Origin: an archaeon
GTDB lineage: Archaea; Nanobdellota; Nanobdellia; Woesearchaeales; GW2011-AR15
Direction: 5' to 3'
Assembly: GCA_018671515.1 (NCBI GenBank)
Contig: JABHHN010000062.1
Location: 13,746-77,745 of the forward strand
DNA: 64,000 nucleotides
Part shown: positions 17,592 through 26,755 of the stretch, one piece after another
Layout: each line of letters begins with the position of its first letter
Numbering within the stretch: the first letter of the stretch is position 1
Made by a program: the position numbers and the translations under genes
The notes under the pieces: generated by a model
Told to the model about the DNA's origin: nothing
The model's input: the letters and a program-made list of their open reading frames with translations, nothing else
Database searches by the model: none

Positions 17592-18733
17592 AAGAAAAAG
17601 ATAAGAAAAAAAGAAAAAAATTATTAATTGTAAGTGATGCATTTCTTCCTAGATGGGATGGTATCGCTAGATTCCTATACGAAATTATTCCAAGACTTAG
17701 TAAAACATATGATATAACAATATTGACTACTGATAATGGTAAAATTCAAGAAGATCTTGGTGTAAAAATAGTCCAGATAAGTAAACTAAATTTAAGACTT
17801 GGAGATTTTTATCCAAGCAAAATTGATTTTGTAACAGCAACAAAATTAGTATCTAAATCAGATGTAGTTTTTGTCCAATCATTAGGTCCTATTGGTGGTG
17901 CTGCAATTCTTGTTGCTAATAAATTAAGAAAACCAATATTGTTCTATTCTCATGTTATTGATTGGAAATTATATCCTAAAAGTATAAATTCAAAAATATT
18001 AAAACCAATTCTAAATACAATTGTTAAAATATATGCCAAATATATGTTCAATAGATGTAATCTTCTTTTAGTTCCTTCTGTTGAAACAATGGAACTTTTT
18101 TCTTTCATGAAAATAACTGCTAAAAAACAAGTTGTTCATCTGGGAGTTGACATAATAAATTTTTCACCACCAAGAGATAAAAGAAAAGCTAAAGAAGATA
18201 TAGGGATAAACCCTGATCATTTAGTCATTGGTTCAGTAGGTAGATTCGGACATGAAAAAGATCTTCCTACTCTCCAAAGAGCATTTTTAAGATTAAGATC
18301 AAAAAAAAAAGACGTAACATTATTAATTGTTGGAGATGGACGGGAAGACATCAAAAAATTATTTGTTAATAAAAAACAAATACTATATGTTGGACAAAAA
18401 AAAGATCCTTCAAAATATTACAAAGCAATGGATATATATGTCCTTCCAAGCCTTGAAGAAACTACATCCCTTACAACACTTGAAGCAATGTCTTGTAAAG
18501 TTGCACCAATAACTACTCAAGTAGGTTTTATAAAAGAATATTTGAAAGATGGAAAAAATGGTCTATTCTTTCCAAAAAGAGATTCATATAGATTGTATAT
18601 TAAAATAAGAAATCTAATAACAAGTCCAAGTCAAAGAATGCACCTGGCAGAAAACGCTAGAAGCACAGTTATAAATAAATTTTCATGGGAAATAACAACT
18701 AAAAAAATTCAAAAAGCCATTGAATCACTCTAG
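17588..18733 (+). CDS. Glycosyltransferase family 4 (GT-B, group 1)
   Basis: C-terminal E-x7-E motif (EETTSLTTLEAMSCKVAPI). GT-B architecture. Start overlaps the upstream stop (ATGA), indicating translational coupling. Confidence 0.7.
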   Translation: MKEKDKKKRKKLLIVSDAFLPRWDGIARFLYEIIPRLSKTYDITILTTDNGKIQEDLGVKIVQISKLNLRLGDFYPSKIDFVTATKLVSKSDVVFVQSLGPIGGAAILVANKLRKPILFYSHVIDWKLYPKSINSKILKPILNTIVKIYAKYMFNRCNLLLVPSVETMELFSFMKITAKKQVVHLGVDIINFSPPRDKRKAKEDIGINPDHLVIGSVGRFGHEKDLPTLQRAFLRLRSKKKDVTLLIVGDGREDIKKLFVNKKQILYVGQKKDPSKYYKAMDIYVLPSLEETTSLTTLEAMSCKVAPITTQVGFIKEYLKDGKNGLFFPKRDSYRLYIKIRNLITSPSQRMHLAENARSTVINKFSWEITTKKIQKAIESL

Positions 18734-19047
18734 AACTTATCAAGCATTGTAGTCACTTGATTTAACATCTGAACAATTTTTCTTAATTGCCCTTCAAGAC
18801 CCATATTCGCAATACCTTCTGCCTTTTCCATTTGAATTATACTTCTTATATTTTGAGAAATACCATCTAAATAATCTTGATAATCACTAAGTTCATTTAC
18901 AGTGAGATTTTTTCCACTTGTTAGTCTTTTTTCGATATTTTTTAAACTCACATCATCAGTCTTTGTAATCCTATAACCTCTTCGCCCTATGTCTTTTATA
19001 TATTCACCCATAGGTTTGGATTTATCTTCGACTTTTCCATCTGCCAT
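18730..19047 (-). CDS. Hypothetical small protein
   Basis: 105 aa, no recognisable motif. Stop overlaps the stop of the convergent GT4 gene. Confidence 0.35.
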   Translation of the reverse strand: MADGKVEDKSKPMGEYIKDIGRRGYRITKTDDVSLKNIEKRLTSGKNLTVNELSDYQDYLDGISQNIRSIIQMEKAEGIANMGLEGQLRKIVQMLNQVTTMLDKF

Positions 19048-19162
19048 AAATAAATTAAATAGAAATGGAAGTTATAAATTTATCGAAAAAGAAAGTATAA
19101 GGAAATAATAATTAATTAATTCAAAAAATATAATTTTTCTTTTTTTATCATTATTTCATAAT

Positions 19163-19235
19163 CACCATAAGGAAGACTCTGTCTTCCTAAGTTGTACCAC
19201 AATGTAAAAACATGTGACAATTGCAGAGTGCAAAT
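19163..19235 (-). repeat. Intergenic hairpin element, copy Y (family 2, inverted relative to X)
   Basis: The reverse complement shares attgtcacatgtttttacattgtggtacaacttaggaagacagagtcttccttatgg with the 14488..14545 core at ~80% identity. Hairpin ggaagac-tct-gtcttcc. Confidence 0.45.
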
Positions 19236-19371
19236 GTTGAAGTTAGATATAACTTTGACAATAGGAATGGTAATGAGTTATGCACTATGCTATGGAAAAT
19301 TATAGTGATGAAAATAATTTAAGATAAAAAAATTACAGATAAAAAAATCAGAATTCTAAAAAATAACTTTC

Positions 19372-20400
19372 TTACTTTATCTCTTCTTTAATTACATTTA
19401 AAAATTGATCAAATGAATCTTCTTGGATATTTGCACCACATGCATATCTATGTCCGCCACCATATCCTTGAACTCCAACCAATGCTTTATCTACAATTTC
19501 TCTAACTTCATATTTTTTTGATCTAAGAGAAATCCTGTAATGTCCTGATTTTTTTCGTCCTATAATTATAAATTTATTAGGATAAAAATGTAATATCTCA
19601 TTTGATAGCATTGATGTAAAAGAAGTCTTGTCTTCAGGACAAATATACATCAAAAGATTTGAATCATCAACTTTTACACCTGATTTTAAATCTTCATATT
19701 TTTCATTCATATTATTATAATGTCTATATATGAATTTTCCCTGTGCTGTTGTCTCATCTAAAATTTCAAATGGATCTTTTATTCTTGTAAGTATTTTAAT
19801 GCATTTTTTTGATTTATCATGCCCACCTTTCATGACATAATTAAATGCTTTTACTAAATCACCAACACGAGATTCAAATAATACATCATCTGGTTTTTCT
19901 GGAACTGATTCTAATAGTTTTGGGTATTCTTTTGAGAACTCTTCTGCAAAGTCTGGTATCATCCAGTCCCCAGTACATCCAATCATTGCAAGCCACATTG
20001 GTCCACCTGTTATTTTATATGACCAATATGAAACACTTCTATTATCTTTACCATCACTATCAATCATAGGATTAAAATATTTTATATTATTTCTTTTAAC
20101 AGGCTTATGATGATCTATCCAAATAATTGGTGATTTACATCCATCTATGAAATCTTGTGAAACATCAGACATATCAAGAACAATAACTAAATCAGGTTGA
20201 TATTCTTCAACTTTTCTAGTAAATGATTCATCTAAAAATGGTTTTGTGTTCACCACAATTCCTTTACTTTCTGTATTTAGATGATAAAATTGCAAGAATG
20301 AACATAATCCATCAGGATCATCATCATAGAAAATTAATGGTCTTGCTGAATTAATAAATCGTTCTTTTATATAATCTAAATCTTTTTGTGAAATTGACAT
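19372..20400 (-). CDS. DHH/DHHA1 family phosphoesterase (RecJ/GAN-like nuclease or nanoRNase)
   Basis: Motif I FYDDDPDG, motif III IWIDHHKP, and the DHHA1 signature GGGHRYACGA near the C-terminus. Confidence 0.65.
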   Translation of the reverse strand: MSISQKDLDYIKERFINSARPLIFYDDDPDGLCSFLQFYHLNTESKGIVVNTKPFLDESFTRKVEEYQPDLVIVLDMSDVSQDFIDGCKSPIIWIDHHKPVKRNNIKYFNPMIDSDGKDNRSVSYWSYKITGGPMWLAMIGCTGDWMIPDFAEEFSKEYPKLLESVPEKPDDVLFESRVGDLVKAFNYVMKGGHDKSKKCIKILTRIKDPFEILDETTAQGKFIYRHYNNMNEKYEDLKSGVKVDDSNLLMYICPEDKTSFTSMLSNEILHFYPNKFIIIGRKKSGHYRISLRSKKYEVREIVDKALVGVQGYGGGHRYACGANIQEDSFDQFLNVIKEEIK

Positions 20401-20511
20401 TTAAAAAGAAAAGAAAAAGAGATGTTATATAAATATTTGTTAACTAAATTTCAATTTAAAATTTTATAAAAAATAAAAAAATTAAATTTGTTCTATTCCA
20501 GCACCTGATTC

Positions 20512-21108
20512 TTATGCAATTGCATCTCTTTTTGCACAAACAGGACTAAAATCAAATTTATCATTTTCAGGATTTATAAAACATTGAGAAAATTTAAAAA
20601 AATTTTCATTTTCTATCGCTTCACCATCTTTTGTATTAAGATCAAAAGAAGAGTAACATGAAAAACCAGGCCCATAAGTTTCTTTACAATCAATATATTT
20701 AATACCTGGAACTCTTAATTCTTCTGATACCGTTGTATCTTCAATAGGAATTTTATCTCTATTTTTTATTGCATTAGAGTTTGTTATACAATAACCATTT
20801 TCAGATTCTCCATAATATGTTAAGCCTGGTTTAACTTCACTTTCTCTTGATTCAAATTTACATTGAAATTCTTTTACTGTATTATCCCCTATTAGTCTTC
20901 CATTTATCCCAAATAAAAATCCTGAGATACATTCTTCTCCTTCTTGATCACAAGAATCTATACCATTTGTCATATCTACACCATCTACTATTGTAGGCTC
21001 TTGAGGTTCTTCTGCAGTTGGTTCTTCTGTAGCTGGCGCACACGATGAGACAAGCATTATTATACTAACTATTAGTATTGGTATTAAATATTTATTTTTA
21101 GATTTCAT
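20512..21108 (-). CDS. Hypothetical secreted Cys-rich lipoprotein
   Basis: Signal peptide plus lipobox-like VSSCAPA. An acidic Pro/Glu linker (EEPTAEEPQEPT) is followed by a Cys-rich domain (10 Cys). Confidence 0.45.
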   Translation of the reverse strand: MKSKNKYLIPILIVSIIMLVSSCAPATEEPTAEEPQEPTIVDGVDMTNGIDSCDQEGEECISGFLFGINGRLIGDNTVKEFQCKFESRESEVKPGLTYYGESENGYCITNSNAIKNRDKIPIEDTTVSEELRVPGIKYIDCKETYGPGFSCYSSFDLNTKDGEAIENENFFKFSQCFINPENDKFDFSPVCAKRDAIA

Positions 21109-21213
21109 ATTACAATTAATTAAATTCCACTTTAAAAACTTTTTTAATTTTTTAAATAATTAATTCTCTTTCAAAACCATAATCTTTAAATTAATTTCAC
21201 GTCTTCTTGTGAC

Positions 21214-22152
21214 ATGGGTGAAATCAATATGGAAAAAATATATGTCATAGGTCACAAAAATCCTGATACTGATACAACAATTAGTGCAATTGCAATGGCT
21301 AATTTTCTAAATACAATAACTAGAACTGAAAATTATATTCCAGTTACAACTGCAAAGATTAATTCTGAAACTGAATTTGTTCTAAATAAATTTGGATACG
21401 TTGCTCCAGAAATTTTAGAAGACGCAACAGATAAAAAATTATTTCTTGTAGATCATAATGAACAGAGTCAATGGGTTAATGGCGCGTCTGCAGAAAATAT
21501 TCTAGGTTTTGTTGATCATCATAAAATTAAATTCGAAAATTCATTTCCTATTGAAATCATAACAAAACCATGGGGATGTACATGTACAATAATTTATTAT
21601 CTTTTTGAAGGACAAAATATTGAAGTGCCAAAAGAACTAAAACCATTGATGCTTTGTGCAATGCTCTCAGACACAGTTATTCTAAAATCTGTAACCACAA
21701 CAAAAAGGGATAAAAAGTATGTTGAAGATATTTCACAAGAATTAGAAATTGACTACAAAGAAATAGGAATGGAAATGTTCAAAGCAAAAGCTCAAATTTC
21801 AAATAAAACAGCTGATGAAATAATTCATAATGATTTTAAGAATTTCGATTTTAATGCGGGTAAATTTGGAATAGGACAAATTGAAACTCCTGATTTAACT
21901 GATGTTGTAGCAAGAGCTGATGAAATAAAATCTAAAATGCAGGAATTAGTTGAGAGTGAAGGATATCATTCAATGATTATTATGTTAACAGATATTATTG
22001 AAGTTGGATCCAAACTATTAGTTGTATCAAAGGATGAAAATAAAATTGCAGAAATATTCAACACAACAATAGATGATGGACTTAGTGAATTCTTGCCAAG
22101 TGTAATGTCAAGGAAAAAGCAGATAATGCCTAAACTAAGTGAAAAATTTTAA
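21214..22152 (+). CDS. ppaC: Manganese-dependent inorganic pyrophosphatase, family II (DHH)
   Basis: The motifs GHKNPDTDT, DHNE and DHHK are at the canonical family II PPase positions. Length ~310 aa. The true start is probably the MEKIYVIGH ATG at 21229. Confidence 0.8.
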   Translation: MGEINMEKIYVIGHKNPDTDTTISAIAMANFLNTITRTENYIPVTTAKINSETEFVLNKFGYVAPEILEDATDKKLFLVDHNEQSQWVNGASAENILGFVDHHKIKFENSFPIEIITKPWGCTCTIIYYLFEGQNIEVPKELKPLMLCAMLSDTVILKSVTTTKRDKKYVEDISQELEIDYKEIGMEMFKAKAQISNKTADEIIHNDFKNFDFNAGKFGIGQIETPDLTDVVARADEIKSKMQELVESEGYHSMIIMLTDIIEVGSKLLVVSKDENKIAEIFNTTIDDGLSEFLPSVMSRKKQIMPKLSEKF

Positions 22153-22231
22153 TTTTTTTCTAATTATATTTTATTTATCACAGGACATTCTTACAAAATA
22201 TATATAATCTAATTTCATATTTCTTATCTTA

Positions 22232-23449
22232 ATGAATTTCAAATGTCCTTATTGTGGAGGAAGCAGACTTGAACATTTACGTAATTGTCCAAAAGTCTAC
22301 AACATCATCAATAAGAAACAATTCAATGAAAAAGCAAAGAAAGATTATTTTGGAGAATCACCCAATGTTTTTGTTGGGAGATATGGTTATCCAAGAGTAA
22401 ATGTAGGAATTCTTTCTAATGAAGATATTAAAAAAGATCATGACAGCCCTAAAACTTGGGCTGGTGATAATTATAAAATTCCAGACATAGTCAATTTACG
22501 AAGCGAATTAATAAATTCAAGATTTAGAATGGATGTAAAGACATTTGATCAAAAATTCCTTGATGTAACTCAAGAAGTTTCTATGCTTAAAAAACCAGTA
22601 GATGTGGAAATAAATCTAAATAAAAAACCTGCATTTAATATAAATTACAATCAAGATATCACACCCTATGGACCATCTGTTAAACTTGAAAAAGCAAAAA
22701 TTACAGAAAATGTGTCAATTCCAAAAGCAGTTGATAAAGTAGTTAGTGATGATGACTTAAAGGCAAAAAATGCAATGAATTATTTGTATGATAAAGGTTA
22801 TGATGAACATTTTTTGACAAAAGTTATTTCCGCAGGAAATCTTGGTGTAAAACAAGAAAGAAAACTAGTTCCAACTAGATGGTCAATTACTGCAACTGAT
22901 GACATGATTGGTAAAAAACTTATTGATGAAGTAAATGATTTTAGTATGATACAAGATTATTCAATTCATTTTGGTGGTTATTTAGGAAATAATTATCTTA
23001 TTGCATTTTTTCCTGATTCATGGTCATATGAATTATTTGAAAATTATATAGGGGATCCTAAAAACCCGGATCCGTCGGTTTTTGAAACAGGCACAGATTT
23101 TGAAGGATATTATGGAAGAAAAACATATGCAACAAATACAGTAGGTGGATATTATGCAACAAGACTTGCAATTTTAGAACATCTTAAAAGAAATAAAAGA
23201 AAATCAACTGTTCTTGCACTTAGATTCATAACTGATGAATATTGGATGCCACTTGGTGTATGGGTTGTAAGAGAAGCAACAAGAAAAGCACTTGCAAATA
23301 AACCTTTGAAATTAAATTCAAAAGAAGAAGTCCTTAGATATATTGAATTATTCATCAGAAGAAAGTTTTCTTTTAAATTTGATGATATAAAAAGTAAGTC
23401 TAAATTAATAAAGAATCTGATGATGCAGAAGAAATTATTTGAGTTCTAA
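22232..23449 (+). CDS. Hypothetical protein with N-terminal C4 zinc ribbon (possibly archaeal Nre-family)
   Basis: CPYCGGSRLEHLRNCP at the N-terminus. ~400 aa, which is the typical Nre size. Family assignment is not verifiable without a profile search. Its last 16 codons lie in direct-repeat copy 1. Confidence 0.4.
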   Translation: MNFKCPYCGGSRLEHLRNCPKVYNIINKKQFNEKAKKDYFGESPNVFVGRYGYPRVNVGILSNEDIKKDHDSPKTWAGDNYKIPDIVNLRSELINSRFRMDVKTFDQKFLDVTQEVSMLKKPVDVEINLNKKPAFNINYNQDITPYGPSVKLEKAKITENVSIPKAVDKVVSDDDLKAKNAMNYLYDKGYDEHFLTKVISAGNLGVKQERKLVPTRWSITATDDMIGKKLIDEVNDFSMIQDYSIHFGGYLGNNYLIAFFPDSWSYELFENYIGDPKNPDPSVFETGTDFEGYYGRKTYATNTVGGYYATRLAILEHLKRNKRKSTVLALRFITDEYWMPLGVWVVREATRKALANKPLKLNSKEEVLRYIELFIRRKFSFKFDDIKSKSKLIKNLMMQKKLFEF

Positions 23450-23451
23450 AT
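23402..23451 (+). repeat. 50-bp direct repeat, copy 1 (3' end of the zinc-ribbon gene)
   Basis: aaattaataaagaatctgatgatgcagaagaaattatttgagttctaaat has 47/50 matches to 25385..25434. Confidence 0.75.
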
Positions 23452-23516
23452 ATTTATTACTAATAAGTACTAAATATAGAAAACTTTATATATTAATTGA
23501 GATAAAACCTGAGATT

Positions 23517-25340
23517 ATGCTAGAAGAAGCTATGCAAGTCGGAACTGGTTTAGGTAGTCGTATAACTAATCTTGAAACTCTAATTCCAAGATTAATTGAT
23601 AAAAAAGTTGTTTTTAGACCTGCAAAAGAAACTGAAGTTAATGATTGGGTAGGTTTTAGAACTGATTATATTGATTTAGGTCTTGATCAAATAGACATCG
23701 CATTAAGAGAAGACAAAGAATTAGATTATGAAAAGGCAGAAAATAATATCTATTATCATATTAGTAAAAAAAAAGAAGATGGTTCTCAAACAAAAATCCC
23801 TAAATTAAGATATTATTTATTAAAAGGATTACATGCAAACAAAGAAAATAGTAACCTTGAAAATATGATATTGAAAAAAGATGGGTTCAAAGACTTTAGC
23901 CCTGAAGATTATAAAGAATTTATTAGTGAAATCAAAAGTAAAGGAATAAAGGTGCAAGAACAAACTATTTTAAAATGGCTTACAGGAGAAGTCATAGCTC
24001 CTAGAAATTGGGAAAATTTCAAACTTCTTGGAGAAATCAATCCAAAATTCAATGATATTCATCGAAGCATATATAATACTTTACAATGTGAAGGAGATAT
24101 GGGTTTTCATACTGATTATCTTTATTATACTAGATTAAGAAGAACCGCACAAAAAAGTATAATGAAAAAACTAAAAAGTAAAAAATATCTAAATAAAAAA
24201 CAACCTGAAAATCTTGAACCTAAAAAAGGGCGTTATCCTATTAAATCTTTTAATTTCACAGATGAAATAGATTCGATTGTGGAAAGATTTATGCAACAAA
24301 TAGATACTGATTTAACATTTGTAAAAGTCTCATATATTAATCAAATTCCTAAACCTAAAAAAAAAAGAAATAAAAAAAAAGCAAAAAATACACAAGAAAG
24401 GGAACATCATCTAGTAAGACAAGGTTTTGTATCACCAAGAGATGTATATAAATTACGTGACCAAGATAATCCTACTCAAATAAGAGATGAATTATATCTT
24501 TTAGAACAGGCATTATATGATGGTTTAACTAGATATATACAACATAGAGAAAATATTAGAACAACAAAAAGTGAAGGTATTTTTGATACAATGATTAATC
24601 AGTATATATTTTCTAGAAAAATCGCTGAAAGTGAAACAAATGTTGATAATTTCAACCACAATATTGATGCTTTAATTTTTAATGAAAAACAAAGAATGAA
24701 AAATAAAAATCAAAAAATCCCTAAAAAATATAATATTAATAGAAAAACTGAATTAATAAAATATGCGAGAACTGAATTTGAAAATTTTGAAAATGATCTT
24801 AAATTAGGATATTTGGATAATAAAATTTTAAAACTTGAACCTGGTACAATGCAAAAATTATTTGATTTAGTAAATAAATATAGGGCAATGACGCCAATAG
24901 AATATACATTTCTAGATATGGCTGATAGTTCATATCAACATAATTTAAAAATTATTAAGATTTTAAAAGAAAAAAACCAATTAAAAAAAAAACAACTAGA
25001 AAAAAAAATGGAAAAAGTAGAAGGTATTAAAGAGATAATTCAAGATTTGGAAGAAAAACTCGAAAAAAATTATGGTATAAAACCTCAAAAAAAATATTTA
25101 TTTTTAGACTATTTTGCAAGTAAAATGACAAGTCAAAATGATGAAGGTGCATTTTATCAAGCAACCATAGTTGAAAATGGTATAGTTAAAAACACTCCTT
25201 TACTTAAGAAATTCAAAAACAGCTATGAGAAACAAGGAATGAAATTTTTTCAAGATTTTGAAGTTGGAGAAGTGTTTAATAAACTTGGTATTTATTCTGC
25301 ATTAAATCTTTTTGATAGACAACTTAATTTTTTTAGATGA
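23517..25340 (+). CDS. Hypothetical Lys/Glu-rich protein encoded by the repeat-flanked insertion
   Basis: The long ORF from 23439 begins inside the repeat. An internal ATG at 23517 (MLEEAMQ) follows a TATA-like ctttatatatt and is the more likely start. ~608 aa with long basic stretches (KPKKKRNKKKAKN). No recognised catalytic motif. Confidence 0.45.
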   Translation: MLEEAMQVGTGLGSRITNLETLIPRLIDKKVVFRPAKETEVNDWVGFRTDYIDLGLDQIDIALREDKELDYEKAENNIYYHISKKKEDGSQTKIPKLRYYLLKGLHANKENSNLENMILKKDGFKDFSPEDYKEFISEIKSKGIKVQEQTILKWLTGEVIAPRNWENFKLLGEINPKFNDIHRSIYNTLQCEGDMGFHTDYLYYTRLRRTAQKSIMKKLKSKKYLNKKQPENLEPKKGRYPIKSFNFTDEIDSIVERFMQQIDTDLTFVKVSYINQIPKPKKKRNKKKAKNTQEREHHLVRQGFVSPRDVYKLRDQDNPTQIRDELYLLEQALYDGLTRYIQHRENIRTTKSEGIFDTMINQYIFSRKIAESETNVDNFNHNIDALIFNEKQRMKNKNQKIPKKYNINRKTELIKYARTEFENFENDLKLGYLDNKILKLEPGTMQKLFDLVNKYRAMTPIEYTFLDMADSSYQHNLKIIKILKEKNQLKKKQLEKKMEKVEGIKEIIQDLEEKLEKNYGIKPQKKYLFLDYFASKMTSQNDEGAFYQATIVENGIVKNTPLLKKFKNSYEKQGMKFFQDFEVGEVFNKLGIYSALNLFDRQLNFFR

Positions 25341-25384
25341 AATTGTATTAAACTAATTTTATAATAAATACATAAGTAAATCTC

Positions 25385-25434
25385 AAATTGATAAAGAATC
25401 TGATGATGCAGAAGAAATTATTTGAATTCTGAAT
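25385..25434 (+). repeat. 50-bp direct repeat, copy 2
   Basis: aaattgataaagaatctgatgatgcagaagaaattatttgaattctgaat. The three differences from copy 1 (tta>ttg, gag>gaa, taa>tga) are all synonymous in the reading frame of the upstream gene. The preceding ~15 bp are also similar, with an indel. Confidence 0.75.
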
Positions 25435-26681
25435 TATAGTGATTTTATATGAAAATAATCAACATTTTTTTTAAGAGACGCTGATTTTTGAAATGATGCA
25501 AATCTTAAATTACATCCATATGCTCTCAATATACCTTTGGCATTTTTTGATACTCGATCATCTTTAGCAAAATAATTTCCAACCATAAGAACATCTATTT
25601 CATCTTCCATATAGCCTTTAATTTCATCCCTTGTACCTAATAAACTATCAACTGGTACACAAGATAAATTCATATTTGTAATCCCATCATTCGTCCTCAT
25701 TACTGTATGTCTAATTTTTCTTGCAGGTCTTTCTTCTTTTATTGCATAATATTGTTCTAATGCTTTAAATGCTTCATGAATATATAATGAAGATGCACCA
25801 TGTTCTGAATAATCTCCAGGAGAAAGAGAAACAATCATTTTAGGATTAAATTTTTCTTCTGCTTTCATTGAATCATACATTTTTCTTGCAAACTTAAATG
25901 ATTCCATAGCTAACCATTCTTCAGAATTTTGTTCTTTTTCATTTTCAGGATTTAGGTTTGGATTTTCACCAAATAAAATATCAAATATTTGCTTTCCTCC
26001 TTTTTTTCCAATAATTAATTTTTCATAAAGATCAAGTTTGTGTTTGGTTGATAATTTTATTACACTTTTTGGTATAGGTTCTCCATCTTCAATTTCCAAA
26101 ACATTACCTTCTAAATCTATATAATTTGGAATTCCCCAATCTGAGATTTCGTGTGGAAATACCGCCCATAAATCTGGATCTAACTCATGAATTGTTTCAA
26201 CTAAACCATCATTTTGTAATTTACGATAAGCTTCAGGTCTATCTTTTGCGTAAACAGTAAATAACCTCAATCTTTTTGCAATATTTGTATCATTTGTTTT
26301 ATCATATGCTGCTGCAACATCTATAAGTTTCTGAAATGTTGGACCATTATCAATCATATCCTCAACTATTGGTATAATCATTTCAGGGTTTCCATCTACC
26401 TGATCAGCAATATAATCTAATAATGATTCATCAAATCCAAATACATCTACTTGATGTTGATCACCATTTGTTGTATAAGAACTTGTTTGAATACCAATCC
26501 ATTTTTTTGGAATTTGATGTAAATGTCTTGACACATATATTGGATCAGATTTATTTTTTAGCCCATTTACTTTTTCTATTAATTGAGAATTTGCTTTAGA
26601 AAATGCATTTGCTGTAATATATTCAAGATCAGGATAATTAATATTGATTGGTGTTGTCCCATCTGTGACTGTAAATTGCAT
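25434..26681 (-). CDS. Hypothetical protein, co-oriented immediately downstream of the IMPDH-family gene
   Basis: 415 aa, no recognisable signature. Separated by 74 bp from the upstream IMPDH-family gene on the same strand. Its start ATG is the last triplet of repeat copy 2 on the opposite strand. Confidence 0.4.
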   Translation of the reverse strand: MQFTVTDGTTPININYPDLEYITANAFSKANSQLIEKVNGLKNKSDPIYVSRHLHQIPKKWIGIQTSSYTTNGDQHQVDVFGFDESLLDYIADQVDGNPEMIIPIVEDMIDNGPTFQKLIDVAAAYDKTNDTNIAKRLRLFTVYAKDRPEAYRKLQNDGLVETIHELDPDLWAVFPHEISDWGIPNYIDLEGNVLEIEDGEPIPKSVIKLSTKHKLDLYEKLIIGKKGGKQIFDILFGENPNLNPENEKEQNSEEWLAMESFKFARKMYDSMKAEEKFNPKMIVSLSPGDYSEHGASSLYIHEAFKALEQYYAIKEERPARKIRHTVMRTNDGITNMNLSCVPVDSLLGTRDEIKGYMEDEIDVLMVGNYFAKDDRVSKNAKGILRAYGCNLRFASFQKSASLKKNVDYFHIKSL

Positions 26682-26755
26682 TACTACGTCATAAACTTCA
26701 AATTATATTTAAATATAACTATTTAAAAGTAGAAACTAAAAATAAAAAATAATTT

